Source: Candidatus Aenigmatarchaeota archaeon
Lineage (GTDB): Archaea; Aenigmatarchaeota; Aenigmatarchaeia; Aenigmatarchaeales; Aenigmatarchaeaceae
Assembly (NCBI GenBank): GCA_011773475.1
Contig: WVXN01000001.1
Span: 13,699-62,226, forward strand
DNA: 48,528 nucleotides
Direction: 5' to 3'
The stretch's first letter is position 1; each line of letters starts with the position of its first letter. The position numbers and the translations under genes are program-made. The notes below the pieces were generated by a model that was not told the DNA's origin, made no database searches, and saw only the letters and a list, made by a program, of their open reading frames with translations. Below are positions 31,829 to 40,766 of this stretch, one piece after another.

Positions 31829-34306
31829 TTAACTAGGCATTCTTATTCCAACTAATTTAGATTCGCCTTCTTCCATGCTAACTCCATAAACACAATCAGC
31901 TTCTTGGATTGTAGCCTCATTGTGAGTAATCACAATAAATTGGGAATTAGTAGAGTATTTCTTAATTAGTTCAACTGTCTTCTTTGTATTAGGCCTATCC
32001 AATGCTGCATCAATCTCATCAAGAACATAAAATGGAGCTGGTCTGAATCTTTGAATAGCAAATAAGAAAGCTAAAGCAGTTAAAGTCTTTTCACCTCCAG
32101 ACATTGCATCAATATTCATTAGTTTTTTTCCTTTGGTGCTAGCTTCTATTAACAATCCACTATCCAAACCTCCTAAAAGCCTTAAATCAGCCTCTCCTTT
32201 CATCAAGTCCTTGAAAACAATCTTAAACTCTTCTCTAACACCTTCCAAAGTTTTCATGAAAACCTCTTTTCTTTTTCCCTCTATATCAGCTATTACTTCC
32301 AATATCTTATTCCTCTCTTCAGTCAATTTATCAACCTTTTCTTTTAATTCATCGTAAACAATTTTTTGTTCTCCATATTCTTCCAAGGCTTTCATGTTTA
32401 TTGCTCCAAGAACATTGATTTTATCCATTGTTTCTTTAATCTTGATTTCTAAAGCTCTTGCAGAAATTTGATAGGTTTCTGTTTTCTTATAGTTTTCAAA
32501 TTCTAGTTTTAGATTTTCCAATTCAGCCTCAAATCTTGCTTTTCTAATTCTTAGATTGTTTATCTGCTCTTGATAAGACATTTTTTCTTCAAATAGTCTC
32601 TTTCTTTTGTTTGTTAGTGATTCAAACCTTTCTTCAAGTTTTCCTCTTTCTTTTTGCATTTCTATTAGTTCTTTACTTTCTGTTTTCTCCTTTGTTGTAA
32701 ATTGCTCTAATTCTTTTTCTAATTTTATTATCTCATTCTCCGATTCTTCTATTTCTTTTTGAAGCTGAATTTTATGAGAAGAATATTTTTCTATTTCCTC
32801 TCTTCCAATAAATGCTTTTTTTCTTGTGTAATAACCTCCTATAATAGCTCCTGACTTTTCTATTAGATCTCCGTCCAAAGTAACAAACCTTGCGTTTCCA
32901 ATACCAAGTCTCTTGGCTGTTGAAATATCATCAACAATTAAAGTGTTACCAAAAACAAAAGAAAAAGCATTGTAGTATTTGTTATCAAATTCTATCAAGT
33001 CTAGAGCTATTCCAACTACTCCGTCCTCAAAAGCAAATTTTTTCAATTTTTTACTGTCTTTAGGTTTTATCTTATCCAAAGGAAGGAATCTTGCTCTTCC
33101 TATTCTGTTTTTCTTTAAATATCTAACACATTCTATTGCAACATCTTTGTCAGAAACAATTATATCATTTAAATGAGGGCCTGCTGCAACCTCAATTGCT
33201 TTTTCATGTTTTTTAGAAACCCTTGACAAAGAAGCCATTGTTCCATAAACACCTGTCCAGCCTAAACTTAGAACATCTTTAACTGCCTTGCTAACAGAGC
33301 CTTCTAGTTCTTTTTGTTTTAAGAATTCCAGTCTTTTTATTATGTCATTTGTTCTTCCAATTTGACTTTTATTCATTTCAATTTTGTCTTTTTTCCTTCT
33401 AATCTCAGCTTTTATTCTCTCCACTTCTTTTATTATTGCAATGTCCTTTGTTCTATCAAAAAGTCTTTTAGCAATTTTATTCTTCTTATTTTCAATATTA
33501 TCCAGTTCATTGTCAATTTTCTCTAACTCTTTGTCAATTTCTCCAGATTTTATTTTTTCTATTTTATCATCAAGTCTTTTTATTGATTTTTCAGCAGATT
33601 CTAATTTTACTTTTGCTAATGATGCTCTCGACTTGTCCAAATCAGCAGTTAATTTCTGATACTTCTCAGCAGATTTTTTCTCGTCTTCTAGTCTTTCTAA
33701 ATTTGCTCTTTTTTCATTCAGAATTATATGGGATTCTTTAATTCTTTCCTCAACTGTTAAGAGTTCTCTCTGTGCTTTATTTCTTTTTTCATCAAATTCT
33801 CTGAGCCCTGATATATCATCAATTATTTCTCTTCTTTCTATTGGGCTCATCTCTATTACTTCTGTAACATCTCCTTGTAGAATTATGTTATGACCATCAG
33901 GCTTGATCAAAGCTGGTCTTAAGATCTCCTGAACCGTTTCTCTTGTTACTGTTCTTCCATTGAGTTTGTAAATAGAAATTCCTTTTTTATTTATTCTTCT
34001 AGAAATAGATATTTTATCATCCTCAAAGGGAAACACTTTTGCAGCATTATCAAACCAAAGAGTAATTTTAGCAAAATCTGATGGTGATCTTTTTTTTGTT
34101 CCATGGAATATCATTTCTAACATTCTGTCTGCTCTTAAACTTTTTGCAGAAGTTCTTCCTAAAACAAAACAAAGCGCATCTAAGATATTTGATTTTCCGC
34201 TCCCATTTGGACCACAAACTACAGAAAAATTGCTAGGAAAAGATAAAAAAGTCTTTTTAGGAAAGGACTTAAAACCTTGAATCTCAATTTTTTCTATTCT
34301 TGTCAT
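31829..34306 (-). CDS. smc: SMC chromosome segregation ATPase, unusually short (~825 aa)
   Basis: Start at ATG 34306 (MTRIEKIEIQGFKSF). Walker A GPNGSGKSN. Hinge region (...GVYGTMASL...ARFLPLD...TLDGDLIEKSGAIIGG). Signature LSGGEKTLTALAFLFAIQ and Walker B FYVLDEIDAALD. Confidence 0.9.
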   Translation of the reverse strand: MTRIEKIEIQGFKSFPKKTFLSFPSNFSVVCGPNGSGKSNILDALCFVLGRTSAKSLRADRMLEMIFHGTKKRSPSDFAKITLWFDNAAKVFPFEDDKISISRRINKKGISIYKLNGRTVTRETVQEILRPALIKPDGHNIILQGDVTEVIEMSPIERREIIDDISGLREFDEKRNKAQRELLTVEERIKESHIILNEKRANLERLEDEKKSAEKYQKLTADLDKSRASLAKVKLESAEKSIKRLDDKIEKIKSGEIDKELEKIDNELDNIENKKNKIAKRLFDRTKDIAIIKEVERIKAEIRRKKDKIEMNKSQIGRTNDIIKRLEFLKQKELEGSVSKAVKDVLSLGWTGVYGTMASLSRVSKKHEKAIEVAAGPHLNDIIVSDKDVAIECVRYLKKNRIGRARFLPLDKIKPKDSKKLKKFAFEDGVVGIALDLIEFDNKYYNAFSFVFGNTLIVDDISTAKRLGIGNARFVTLDGDLIEKSGAIIGGYYTRKKAFIGREEIEKYSSHKIQLQKEIEESENEIIKLEKELEQFTTKEKTESKELIEMQKERGKLEERFESLTNKRKRLFEEKMSYQEQINNLRIRKARFEAELENLKLEFENYKKTETYQISARALEIKIKETMDKINVLGAINMKALEEYGEQKIVYDELKEKVDKLTEERNKILEVIADIEGKRKEVFMKTLEGVREEFKIVFKDLMKGEADLRLLGGLDSGLLIEASTKGKKLMNIDAMSGGEKTLTALAFLFAIQRFRPAPFYVLDEIDAALDRPNTKKTVELIKKYSTNSQFIVITHNEATIQEADCVYGVSMEEGESKLVGIRMPS

Positions 34307-34380
34307 TAACACACTAAAATTATTTAGACTTACTTATTTATTTAGTTAATAATATATGCTCAAATTTTATATTGTTTTAT

Positions 34381-35457
34381 ATGAAAGCAATATCTGCTAT
34401 TATAGTTATCATATTAGTTCTAATGATAGTGGTTGCTCTAGCTGCTTTGTCTTATACATTCTTTTCAGGAATATTTACATCAACAACAACCACAACTGAG
34501 GAATCAATAGAAAAGACAACTACAAGTCTCTTAGCTCAGATGAAAATAGAAGGTGCATCTAATAATAATATTTATGTAAGAAATACTGGGCAAACAGACA
34601 TTTCAGACTTATCTGTTTATATCGATGATGAACTAGTAGAAGTTACAATGGTTCCTCCGACTATAGGACCTGGAGAAGTTGGAACAGTAAATATAGAAGA
34701 GTTTGTAGGAAAAAGAGAGGTTGATGTAAAGATAACAACAAGCCAAGGATCTGTTACATTTACAGAAAAACTTGAAGAAATGACTTTTTGTGATAATCCT
34801 GATGTTGTTTTGTGTTTAACATTTGATGAAGGATCTGGAACTGTTGCTTATGATAGTTCGCCGTCTGGAAACGATGGTGAATTAAAGAACTATACAGGGT
34901 CTTGTGGCGGAACTGCTTGCCCTGTATGGGTTAGCGGAAAGTATGGTCATGCTTTAGAGTTTGATGGAATAGGTGATTATGTTGAAGTTCAACATCATGA
35001 AAGTTTAAATCTTAGTACTGATGATTTTACAATGATGGCTTGGTTTAAAGCTGAGAATGATGCTAGTATTGAGCAACCAGATATCATAGGAAAATGGTAT
35101 GGGACTAATCCTGGTTATTATTTTTGGGTGGATAATCAAGGAAACTTAGGAATTGATTTTTTTAATGGCAATAGTACTTCCATATATTCTCTTGAACAGG
35201 TTAATGATACTACTTGGCATCATGGAGTAGTGACTAGAAATGGCATAACATTTAGACTTTATCTTAATGGAGAAATAGCAGGTGAAACCTCTTCCGTTAC
35301 TACCATAAATGCAGATAATACTTTCACTCTGCATATAGGTGGCGACAACTTAGACAATGATTACTATTTCCATGGTTTTATTGATGAAGTCATAATCTTA
35401 AACAGATCACTAACAGCAGCAGAAATAGCAGAAATTTATAATAGTTATAATTTATAA
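34381..35457 (+). CDS. Archaeal type IV pilin-like protein with C-terminal LamG/concanavalin-like domain
   Basis: Class III signal peptide-like N-terminus MKAISAIIVIILVLMIVVALAA. C-terminal LCLTFDEGSGTVAYDSSPSGNDGEL...GHALEFDGIGDYVEV...FTMMAWFK...FRLYLNGE...IDEVIILNRSLTAAEI (Laminin_G_3-like). Confidence 0.7.
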   Translation: MKAISAIIVIILVLMIVVALAALSYTFFSGIFTSTTTTTEESIEKTTTSLLAQMKIEGASNNNIYVRNTGQTDISDLSVYIDDELVEVTMVPPTIGPGEVGTVNIEEFVGKREVDVKITTSQGSVTFTEKLEEMTFCDNPDVVLCLTFDEGSGTVAYDSSPSGNDGELKNYTGSCGGTACPVWVSGKYGHALEFDGIGDYVEVQHHESLNLSTDDFTMMAWFKAENDASIEQPDIIGKWYGTNPGYYFWVDNQGNLGIDFFNGNSTSIYSLEQVNDTTWHHGVVTRNGITFRLYLNGEIAGETSSVTTINADNTFTLHIGGDNLDNDYYFHGFIDEVIILNRSLTAAEIAEIYNSYNL

Positions 35458-36621
35458 CAAATGTTTAGCTAAAGAAATAAGATGTGGTTTTCTCATAAGA
35501 ACTTTTGCAAAAACAGAAAGTTTTGAACCTCTAGTAAATTCTATAACATCTGAAGGTTCTAATAATCCTAATAAATCATTTAAATCCTTATCAGATAGCT
35601 TTTCAACAACTTCTCTTAGTTTTTCAATTTTTCTCATTTTGTTCCCTCTTTTTTCCCACCACAAACCATTGAATTTTGATAAAGCTTTTTTAGAAACATC
35701 ATTTTTCTTTAAACATTCTGAAATAATATCTGCTGCCAACTGCCCAGAAACAACAGCCTCCTTTATTCCACCACCGTGTATGGGGTTGACATGATGAGCA
35801 GCTTCTCCGCAAACCAAGAATCCATTAGCAACCATGTCTTTTTCCATTCCTCCAACAGGAACACAACCAGCATTAACTTCTATTATTGACCCTTTCTTGA
35901 TTTGAGGATGGGAATCAAGAAAATTCTCTAAATAAAATTTTGCAGTTTTTTCTCCAGGTACTATTCCGACTCCCACATTAGCTCTGTCCTTTCCTTTAGG
36001 AAAGACCCAACAATAACCACGCTTGGCTATCTCGTTTCCCAGATAAATATCAATGAGTTCTGGATCAATATCTATTCCAGACATTTCATATTGTAAACAA
36101 GAATCAATAAGATGTGGTCTAGAAAAGATATTCAATGCTTGCTTTCTTAGAGGAGATTCTGCTCCAGTTGCACAAACAATCATTTTTGCTTTTTCCTCGA
36201 ATTTTTCTCCAAGAAATTCTCCTTTAACACCAACAAAATAACCATTATTTTCTATTAAATTTGAAATAAACGAATTTGCTTGAATATCTACTCCAGCCTT
36301 TACAGCCCTTTCTGCTAACCACTTATCAAAAACCTTTCTCTCAAGAATAAAGCCTCCGTGACTTAAAACAATTTCAAGATATTTTCCATTTGGAGAATAA
36401 ACTCTACAACCCTTAATTTTTTGTGCAATACATCTGTCAGGAATTTTTCCTATTAATTCCTGTGTACCTTCGCTCAAGCCTTCTCCACATCTTTTTGGGG
36501 AGCCTATTTCTTGCCTTCTGTCAAAGATTTTTACTGAAAATCCGCTTTCTACTAGTTTTTTTCCACAAGCAGTCCCTGCTGGACCTGCTCCTATAACTAT
36601 TACATCCCACATATTACTCAT
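35452..36621 (-). CDS. Geranylgeranyl reductase (digeranylgeranylglycerophospholipid reductase family)
   Basis: WDVIVIGAGPAGTACGKKL, RCGEGLS and VCGEAAHHVNPIHGGGI. Confidence 0.85.
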   Translation of the reverse strand: MSNMWDVIVIGAGPAGTACGKKLVESGFSVKIFDRRQEIGSPKRCGEGLSEGTQELIGKIPDRCIAQKIKGCRVYSPNGKYLEIVLSHGGFILERKVFDKWLAERAVKAGVDIQANSFISNLIENNGYFVGVKGEFLGEKFEEKAKMIVCATGAESPLRKQALNIFSRPHLIDSCLQYEMSGIDIDPELIDIYLGNEIAKRGYCWVFPKGKDRANVGVGIVPGEKTAKFYLENFLDSHPQIKKGSIIEVNAGCVPVGGMEKDMVANGFLVCGEAAHHVNPIHGGGIKEAVVSGQLAADIISECLKKNDVSKKALSKFNGLWWEKRGNKMRKIEKLREVVEKLSDKDLNDLLGLLEPSDVIEFTRGSKLSVFAKVLMRKPHLISLAKHLL

Positions 36622-36880
36622 TCTTCTCTCTTCTCTTAACTATTAAATCATAAAATCCAATTACTATAATTATAAAAATATAACAAATGAAAAAATAATA
36701 AAAAAACAAAAAAACTAATGGAGATATTTCACCAAAATATTTTGAAAAAAGAGTTATGAATAAATTATATGGAATTACTTCTACTTGAAATTCTATGAAA
36801 AGAGCTAAAAGAAAGACAGATAATAATAAAGCTGAAAATAATTTTCTACCATCATAAAAAAAATCTACTATATCAGTCAT
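36614..36880 (-). CDS. Small membrane protein (hypothetical)
   Basis: Hydrophobic, 88 aa. Start overlaps the ferredoxin stop (ATGA) and the end overlaps the GGR start. Confidence 0.35.
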   Translation of the reverse strand: MTDIVDFFYDGRKLFSALLLSVFLLALFIEFQVEVIPYNLFITLFSKYFGEISPLVFLFFYYFFICYIFIIIVIGFYDLIVKRREKNE

Positions 36881-37050
36881 TTTTCCACCTTAATTGATTT
36901 TACAGGACAAACTCTTTCGCAAATACCACATAAATTACACAATTTTTCATCAAAGATTATGTGTTCCTTTAATTCTAGCGCTCCGAATGGACATACTGAA
37001 ACGCATCCTCCGCAACGAATGCATTTCTTATTATTTATATTCCAGGACAT
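36877..37050 (-). CDS. 2x[4Fe-4S] ferredoxin (57 aa, below track cutoff)
   Basis: MSWNINNKKCIRCGGCVSVCPFGALELKEHIIFDEKLCNLCGICERVCPVKSIKVEK* contains two CxxCxxCxxxCP motifs. Confidence 0.8.
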   Translation of the reverse strand: MSWNINNKKCIRCGGCVSVCPFGALELKEHIIFDEKLCNLCGICERVCPVKSIKVEK

Positions 37051-37060
37051 TATATCAACT

Positions 37061-38398
37061 TTATGGCGAGAGACGCTCAGGGTCCCTAGTAAACAAAACA
37101 GCTTCTCTAATGTTTTTCAGATTTAGGAGTTTCATAGTAAACCTCTCTATTCCTAAACAAAAACCTCCCATTGGAGGAGCTCCATACCTAAAGAATTCAG
37201 TAAACCATCGAAAATTACTTAAATCCAATTTCTTTTCCTTTATATTCTTAATTAATTCTTCGTATCTATGTTCTCTTTGTCCTCCTGAAGACATCTCCAA
37301 CCCCTTATATATTAAGTCAACACTTCTTGCATATTTAGGCTCTTCATCAACTCTCATAACATAAAATGGTTTTAGAGCAAAGGGAAATCTGTTTATGAAA
37401 AAGAAATCACTATCATATTCTTCTCTCACATATCCAGTGAGAAGATTTTCAGCTTCTCTGTTTAAATCAGAACCATCTTTAATATTTAAACCCAGTTTTC
37501 TCAAAATCTTGTAAATTTCAGGAAATCTTAATTCTGGAAAAGGTGTTTTAGGTATTGTTAATTTCTTGTTTAATATTTCTAATTCATTTTTACAATTCTT
37601 TGTCACAAACTTTATGCTTTCCACAATCATCTGCTCTTCTAGCCTCATTGTGTCTGCTTCATCTATTATAAAACTCATTTCTGGAGCTAGACCCCTGTGT
37701 TCACATATGTGAAAAGTTGTGTGGGATTTTTCTGCTCTCCAATTAGGTCCTAAATCAAATATTTTATCAAATCCTGAAATTATTATTAATTCTCTATGTA
37801 ATTGTGGGTCTTGTCTAAGGAATGATTCTTTATCAAAATAAGGAACAGCAAAAACATCAGAACCTCCTTCAGATATTCCCCCGATTAAGCATGGAGTAAA
37901 AACTTGTAAAAATCCTTTTTTAATCAAGAAATTTTGCATTCCTTCAACAAGTCTTGATTGTATCTTAAATATGGCTTGGTTTTCGGGTTTTCTCAAATCC
38001 AATGGTCTTTGGTCTAGTCTTGTATCTAATAAAGCAGGAGTTTTCTTGGTTTCCATTTCTAATGGTAATGGTTTTTCAGCTGTATTGATCAGTTTTATTT
38101 CAATTGGTATTATTTCTCTTCCTCCAGGAGCTTCTCTATTTTCTTTAACAGTCCCTTTAACAGCTATTACGTCTTCTCTTCCCAGAGTTTCAATTTTTTC
38201 TATTAGCTTGGGTATTACTTCTCCGTCTTTAACAGTTATTTGAATAAAACCTTCCCTATCTGCTAATTTAATGAATTTTAACTTTCCTATATCCCTTAGT
38301 TCTCTTATCCATCCCATTACAATAACTTCTTTGCTATCCATTTCTGGAGCTACTTCATTAGAATAATGAGTTCTTTTCCAATCTCCTAAGTTCTCCAT
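37061..38398 (-). CDS. aspS: Aspartyl-tRNA synthetase (archaeal type)
   Basis: N-terminal OB domain. Class II motifs WRAEKSHTTFHICE, SSGGQREH and GAPPMGGFCLGIERF...NIREAVLFTRDPERLSP. Confidence 0.9.
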   Translation of the reverse strand: MENLGDWKRTHYSNEVAPEMDSKEVIVMGWIRELRDIGKLKFIKLADREGFIQITVKDGEVIPKLIEKIETLGREDVIAVKGTVKENREAPGGREIIPIEIKLINTAEKPLPLEMETKKTPALLDTRLDQRPLDLRKPENQAIFKIQSRLVEGMQNFLIKKGFLQVFTPCLIGGISEGGSDVFAVPYFDKESFLRQDPQLHRELIIISGFDKIFDLGPNWRAEKSHTTFHICEHRGLAPEMSFIIDEADTMRLEEQMIVESIKFVTKNCKNELEILNKKLTIPKTPFPELRFPEIYKILRKLGLNIKDGSDLNREAENLLTGYVREEYDSDFFFINRFPFALKPFYVMRVDEEPKYARSVDLIYKGLEMSSGGQREHRYEELIKNIKEKKLDLSNFRWFTEFFRYGAPPMGGFCLGIERFTMKLLNLKNIREAVLFTRDPERLSP

Positions 38399-38406
38399 TC
38401 AAACAC

Positions 38407-38685
38407 CTAAAGAGGGCTAAATGGTGGGTTGAAGAAAATTATCCATGTTATGAACCAAACAAACAAATAAACCCAACCACCATTGGACATAAACCATTTA
38501 AACTCTTTTTTTATATTAAATGCTTTTTTATTTATCTCAGCAGTTATCACTAGAAATACCAATGCCAAACTTATTGCAAGATAGTTACCTTGTTCTCCGT
38601 ACATATTTCTTCCCCACTGGCTCAAATAACCTATTATTATTCCAATAATTACATAGACTATCATTGATTTGTTACCATTTTTCAT
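38407..38685 (-). CDS. Small membrane protein (hypothetical)
   Basis: Three hydrophobic segments, 92 aa. Confidence 0.35.
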   Translation of the reverse strand: MKNGNKSMIVYVIIGIIIGYLSQWGRNMYGEQGNYLAISLALVFLVITAEINKKAFNIKKEFKWFMSNGGWVYLFVWFITWIIFFNPPFSPL

Positions 38686-38746
38686 GGATATCCTCCTTAT
38701 TCTATTAAATCTACTAATATATAAATTCTTAAAGATTTGGAAAAGC

Positions 38747-39403
38747 TTATTTATACTCTTTCAGTGTTTTTTGCTCTTTTTCTGATATGATATTATTAAC
38801 AGTTATCCAAGAATGCCTTATAAATTCTAAATGTTTTTTCTCTTTTAAACATTTTTTAACAAATTCAATGCTCCTGGCATCATGACTGTAACCAACACCA
38901 AAGTCAAATCCAACTATTTTCTTGATTTCTTCTATTTCTCTATCTCTTTCAAACTTAGCTATTATTGAAGCTGCGGAACAAACAGGGAATTTTAGATCAG
39001 CATAATTTTCAGCTATTATTTCTGTATTGTTTTTAGCTAATGCTAAAAGAATTTTTTTGAATTTCTCTGTTGAAACCTGTGGAGCATCAACATAAGCTAT
39101 ATCGGCTTTCATAGTTTTTATGATCTGAGCCATTTTTTCTGCTTCAATTTTGTTTAAATTGGAAATTTTTCTTAATTCATCTATCTCTTTGGCAGAAACT
39201 TTTAAAGAAACATAATCTTTAGCGATTTTCTTTATTTGAGGATATAAGTTTTTTCTTTGTAATGGAGTTAGTAACTTACTATCCTTTACTCCAATTTTTT
39301 TGAGCTTATTTTCATGTTTTTTGTCTATTAAAACTCCTGCTAAAAACATAGGACCTATAACTGAGCCCCTTCCTGCCTCATCAATACCTAGTATTGTTGT
39401 CAT
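38747..39403 (-). CDS. rnhB: Ribonuclease HII
   Basis: Start at ATG 39403 (the track start is a TTG). GIDEAGRGSVIGPM and DSKLLTP motifs. Confidence 0.9.
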   Translation of the reverse strand: MTTILGIDEAGRGSVIGPMFLAGVLIDKKHENKLKKIGVKDSKLLTPLQRKNLYPQIKKIAKDYVSLKVSAKEIDELRKISNLNKIEAEKMAQIIKTMKADIAYVDAPQVSTEKFKKILLALAKNNTEIIAENYADLKFPVCSAASIIAKFERDREIEEIKKIVGFDFGVGYSHDARSIEFVKKCLKEKKHLEFIRHSWITVNNIISEKEQKTLKEYK

Positions 39404-39460
39404 AAAAATCAACTTTATAGTAATATTTATATAACTTTTAATGTCTTATAATTTAAACAA

Positions 39461-39538
39461 AGCGGGATAGGGCAGCCAGGAGTGCCCGTCGGGCTCATAA
39501 CCCGAAGGTCGTTGGTTCAAATCCAACTCCCGCTACCA
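39461..39538 (+). tRNA. tRNA-Met (CAU), initiator-type, with encoded CCA
   Basis: AGCGGGA/TCCCGCT acceptor (A1:U72). Anticodon stem TCGGG/CCCGA (three G:C pairs next to the loop) around CTCATAA. T arm GTTGG-TTCAAAT-CCAAC. A-CCA tail. Confidence 0.8.
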
Positions 39539-39539
39539 T

Positions 39540-39692
39540 CTATTTTTTAAATCCTAAACTCTGAAAAACGTTAATCTCATCTCCAACTTCTATTTCATCC
39601 TCAACTCTAACTTCCTTTTTTCTTCCATTAACAAGAACAATAGCCGTTTTATCTTTTATTTCAAGAACTTTTCCTTTTTGTACCAAGCACAT
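39540..39692 (-). CDS. hypC: Minimal HypC-like hydrogenase maturation chaperone (50 aa, below track cutoff)
   Basis: MCLVQKGKVLEIKDKTAIVLVNGRKKEVRVEDEIEVGDEINVFQSLGFKK* has the N-terminal MCL and an OB-core pattern as in HypC (MCLAxPGKVxEx...GxxxEVxL...GDxVLVHxGFA). It lies 5 nt after the stop of the upstream ORF. Confidence 0.55.
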   Translation of the reverse strand: MCLVQKGKVLEIKDKTAIVLVNGRKKEVRVEDEIEVGDEINVFQSLGFKK

Positions 39693-39696
39693 AATA

Positions 39697-40230
39697 TTAC
39701 TTGTTTTTCTCTTTTTTAAATTTATTATAGAATCTTAATGCAGTTTCAAACTGTTTTTCATTTAAAAACATATTAATCTTATCTCTATGTAAAATTACCC
39801 AATTGCCAGTTTTTAATTCATTTTCAATTATTATCCCCGGATATGCTTCTGAATCTGTCTTTATCACTCTACCATCAATTGTTTCTGCTACGCATTTAGA
39901 ATCAAATTTGTCAACAATTTTAGCAGGATAAGCAGTACACCAGTCAACTAATCCCTTGTCCTTTGTGTATCTCTCTAACATTCTGATGGTCTTATTATGA
40001 AAATAGAAAAAATATTCAAAAAATCCATATTTACTAACTCCTTGATATGCCATAGGAAAAAATTTTTTTAATAAATCCTCTTCAACTTCTCCTTCTTTCA
40101 AATAATTTTTAATAATGTCAATCTCTTTCTTTGTTGGAACAGCGGGACTGAATATAGGCCTAGTTTCTCCTTCTCTTCTTAAGCAAGAAATAGCCATTTT
40201 TAGAAGTCTTATCTTGTTTTCTTTATCCAT
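39697..40230 (-). CDS. Protein with internal HypC-like domain behind a ~95-aa N-terminal extension
   Basis: The C-terminal half WCTAYPAKIVDKFDSKCVAETIDGRVIKTD...KTGNWVILHRDKINMFLNEKQFETAL parallels HypC (CLAxPAKIV...GDWVLVH...LDEEEA). The N-terminal ~95 aa are unrecognised. Confidence 0.5.
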   Translation of the reverse strand: MDKENKIRLLKMAISCLRREGETRPIFSPAVPTKKEIDIIKNYLKEGEVEEDLLKKFFPMAYQGVSKYGFFEYFFYFHNKTIRMLERYTKDKGLVDWCTAYPAKIVDKFDSKCVAETIDGRVIKTDSEAYPGIIIENELKTGNWVILHRDKINMFLNEKQFETALRFYNKFKKEKNK

Positions 40231-40265
40231 ATAATACTTAAGTATAATCAGAATTAATAAATTTT

Positions 40266-40673
40266 ATGAAAGCTGTTATGAGTATTGGAAATCCAATTAA
40301 ATCTGATGATAACATAGGAAATATTATTCTTGATAAATTAGATGTTGAAAACATAAAAAAGATAAAAGCAGGAGTAACACCTGAAAATTTTATAAAAGAA
40401 CTAAAAGATTATGATGAAGTAATGATTCTTGATGCCTTAGAATTTGGAGGAAGCATCGGTGAAGTAAAAGTTTTTGAATTAAATGAAATTAAAGACGTTG
40501 TGACATCGACACATAGCATACCAATAGACTTATTGAAAAGGTTTTTACCTGATTCAAAAATCAAAATAATAGGAATTCAACCAAAAAACATTGATTTTGG
40601 AGAAAAATTAAGTGAAGGACTGGAAAGTAAAATTGGGAAAATAGTTAAAAAGGTTGAATTTCTTATAGAGTAA
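40266..40673 (+). CDS. [NiFe]-hydrogenase maturation endopeptidase (HycI/HyaD family)
   Basis: MSIGNPIKSDDNIGNIILDKL (GNxxxxDDxxG motif), ILDALEFGG and TSTHSIP. 135 aa. Confidence 0.75.
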   Translation: MKAVMSIGNPIKSDDNIGNIILDKLDVENIKKIKAGVTPENFIKELKDYDEVMILDALEFGGSIGEVKVFELNEIKDVVTSTHSIPIDLLKRFLPDSKIKIIGIQPKNIDFGEKLSEGLESKIGKIVKKVEFLIE

Positions 40674-40766
40674 AGCATTACATAAAAAGCACATACCATA
40701 TAAATAAATAATTTGGGATTTTAAGATTATACAACTCTTTGAGGTGCTAATATCAAAAAAATTATT

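Noticed and set aside
36894-37364. 156-aa plus-strand ORF
   Set aside because: It runs antisense across the real 57-aa ferredoxin (two CxxCxxCxxxCP motifs) and the 3' end of aspS.
10242-39412. GTG/TTG-extended starts in the ORF track (10242, 15833, 18507, 18841, 23111, 29882, 34312, 34372, 39412)
   Set aside because: In each case an in-frame ATG a few codons downstream has a GGTGA/GTGAT/GGAT-type SD at 5-8 nt, or removes an overlap with the preceding gene, or restores a canonical N-terminus (e.g. MTRIEKIEIQGFKSF for SMC).
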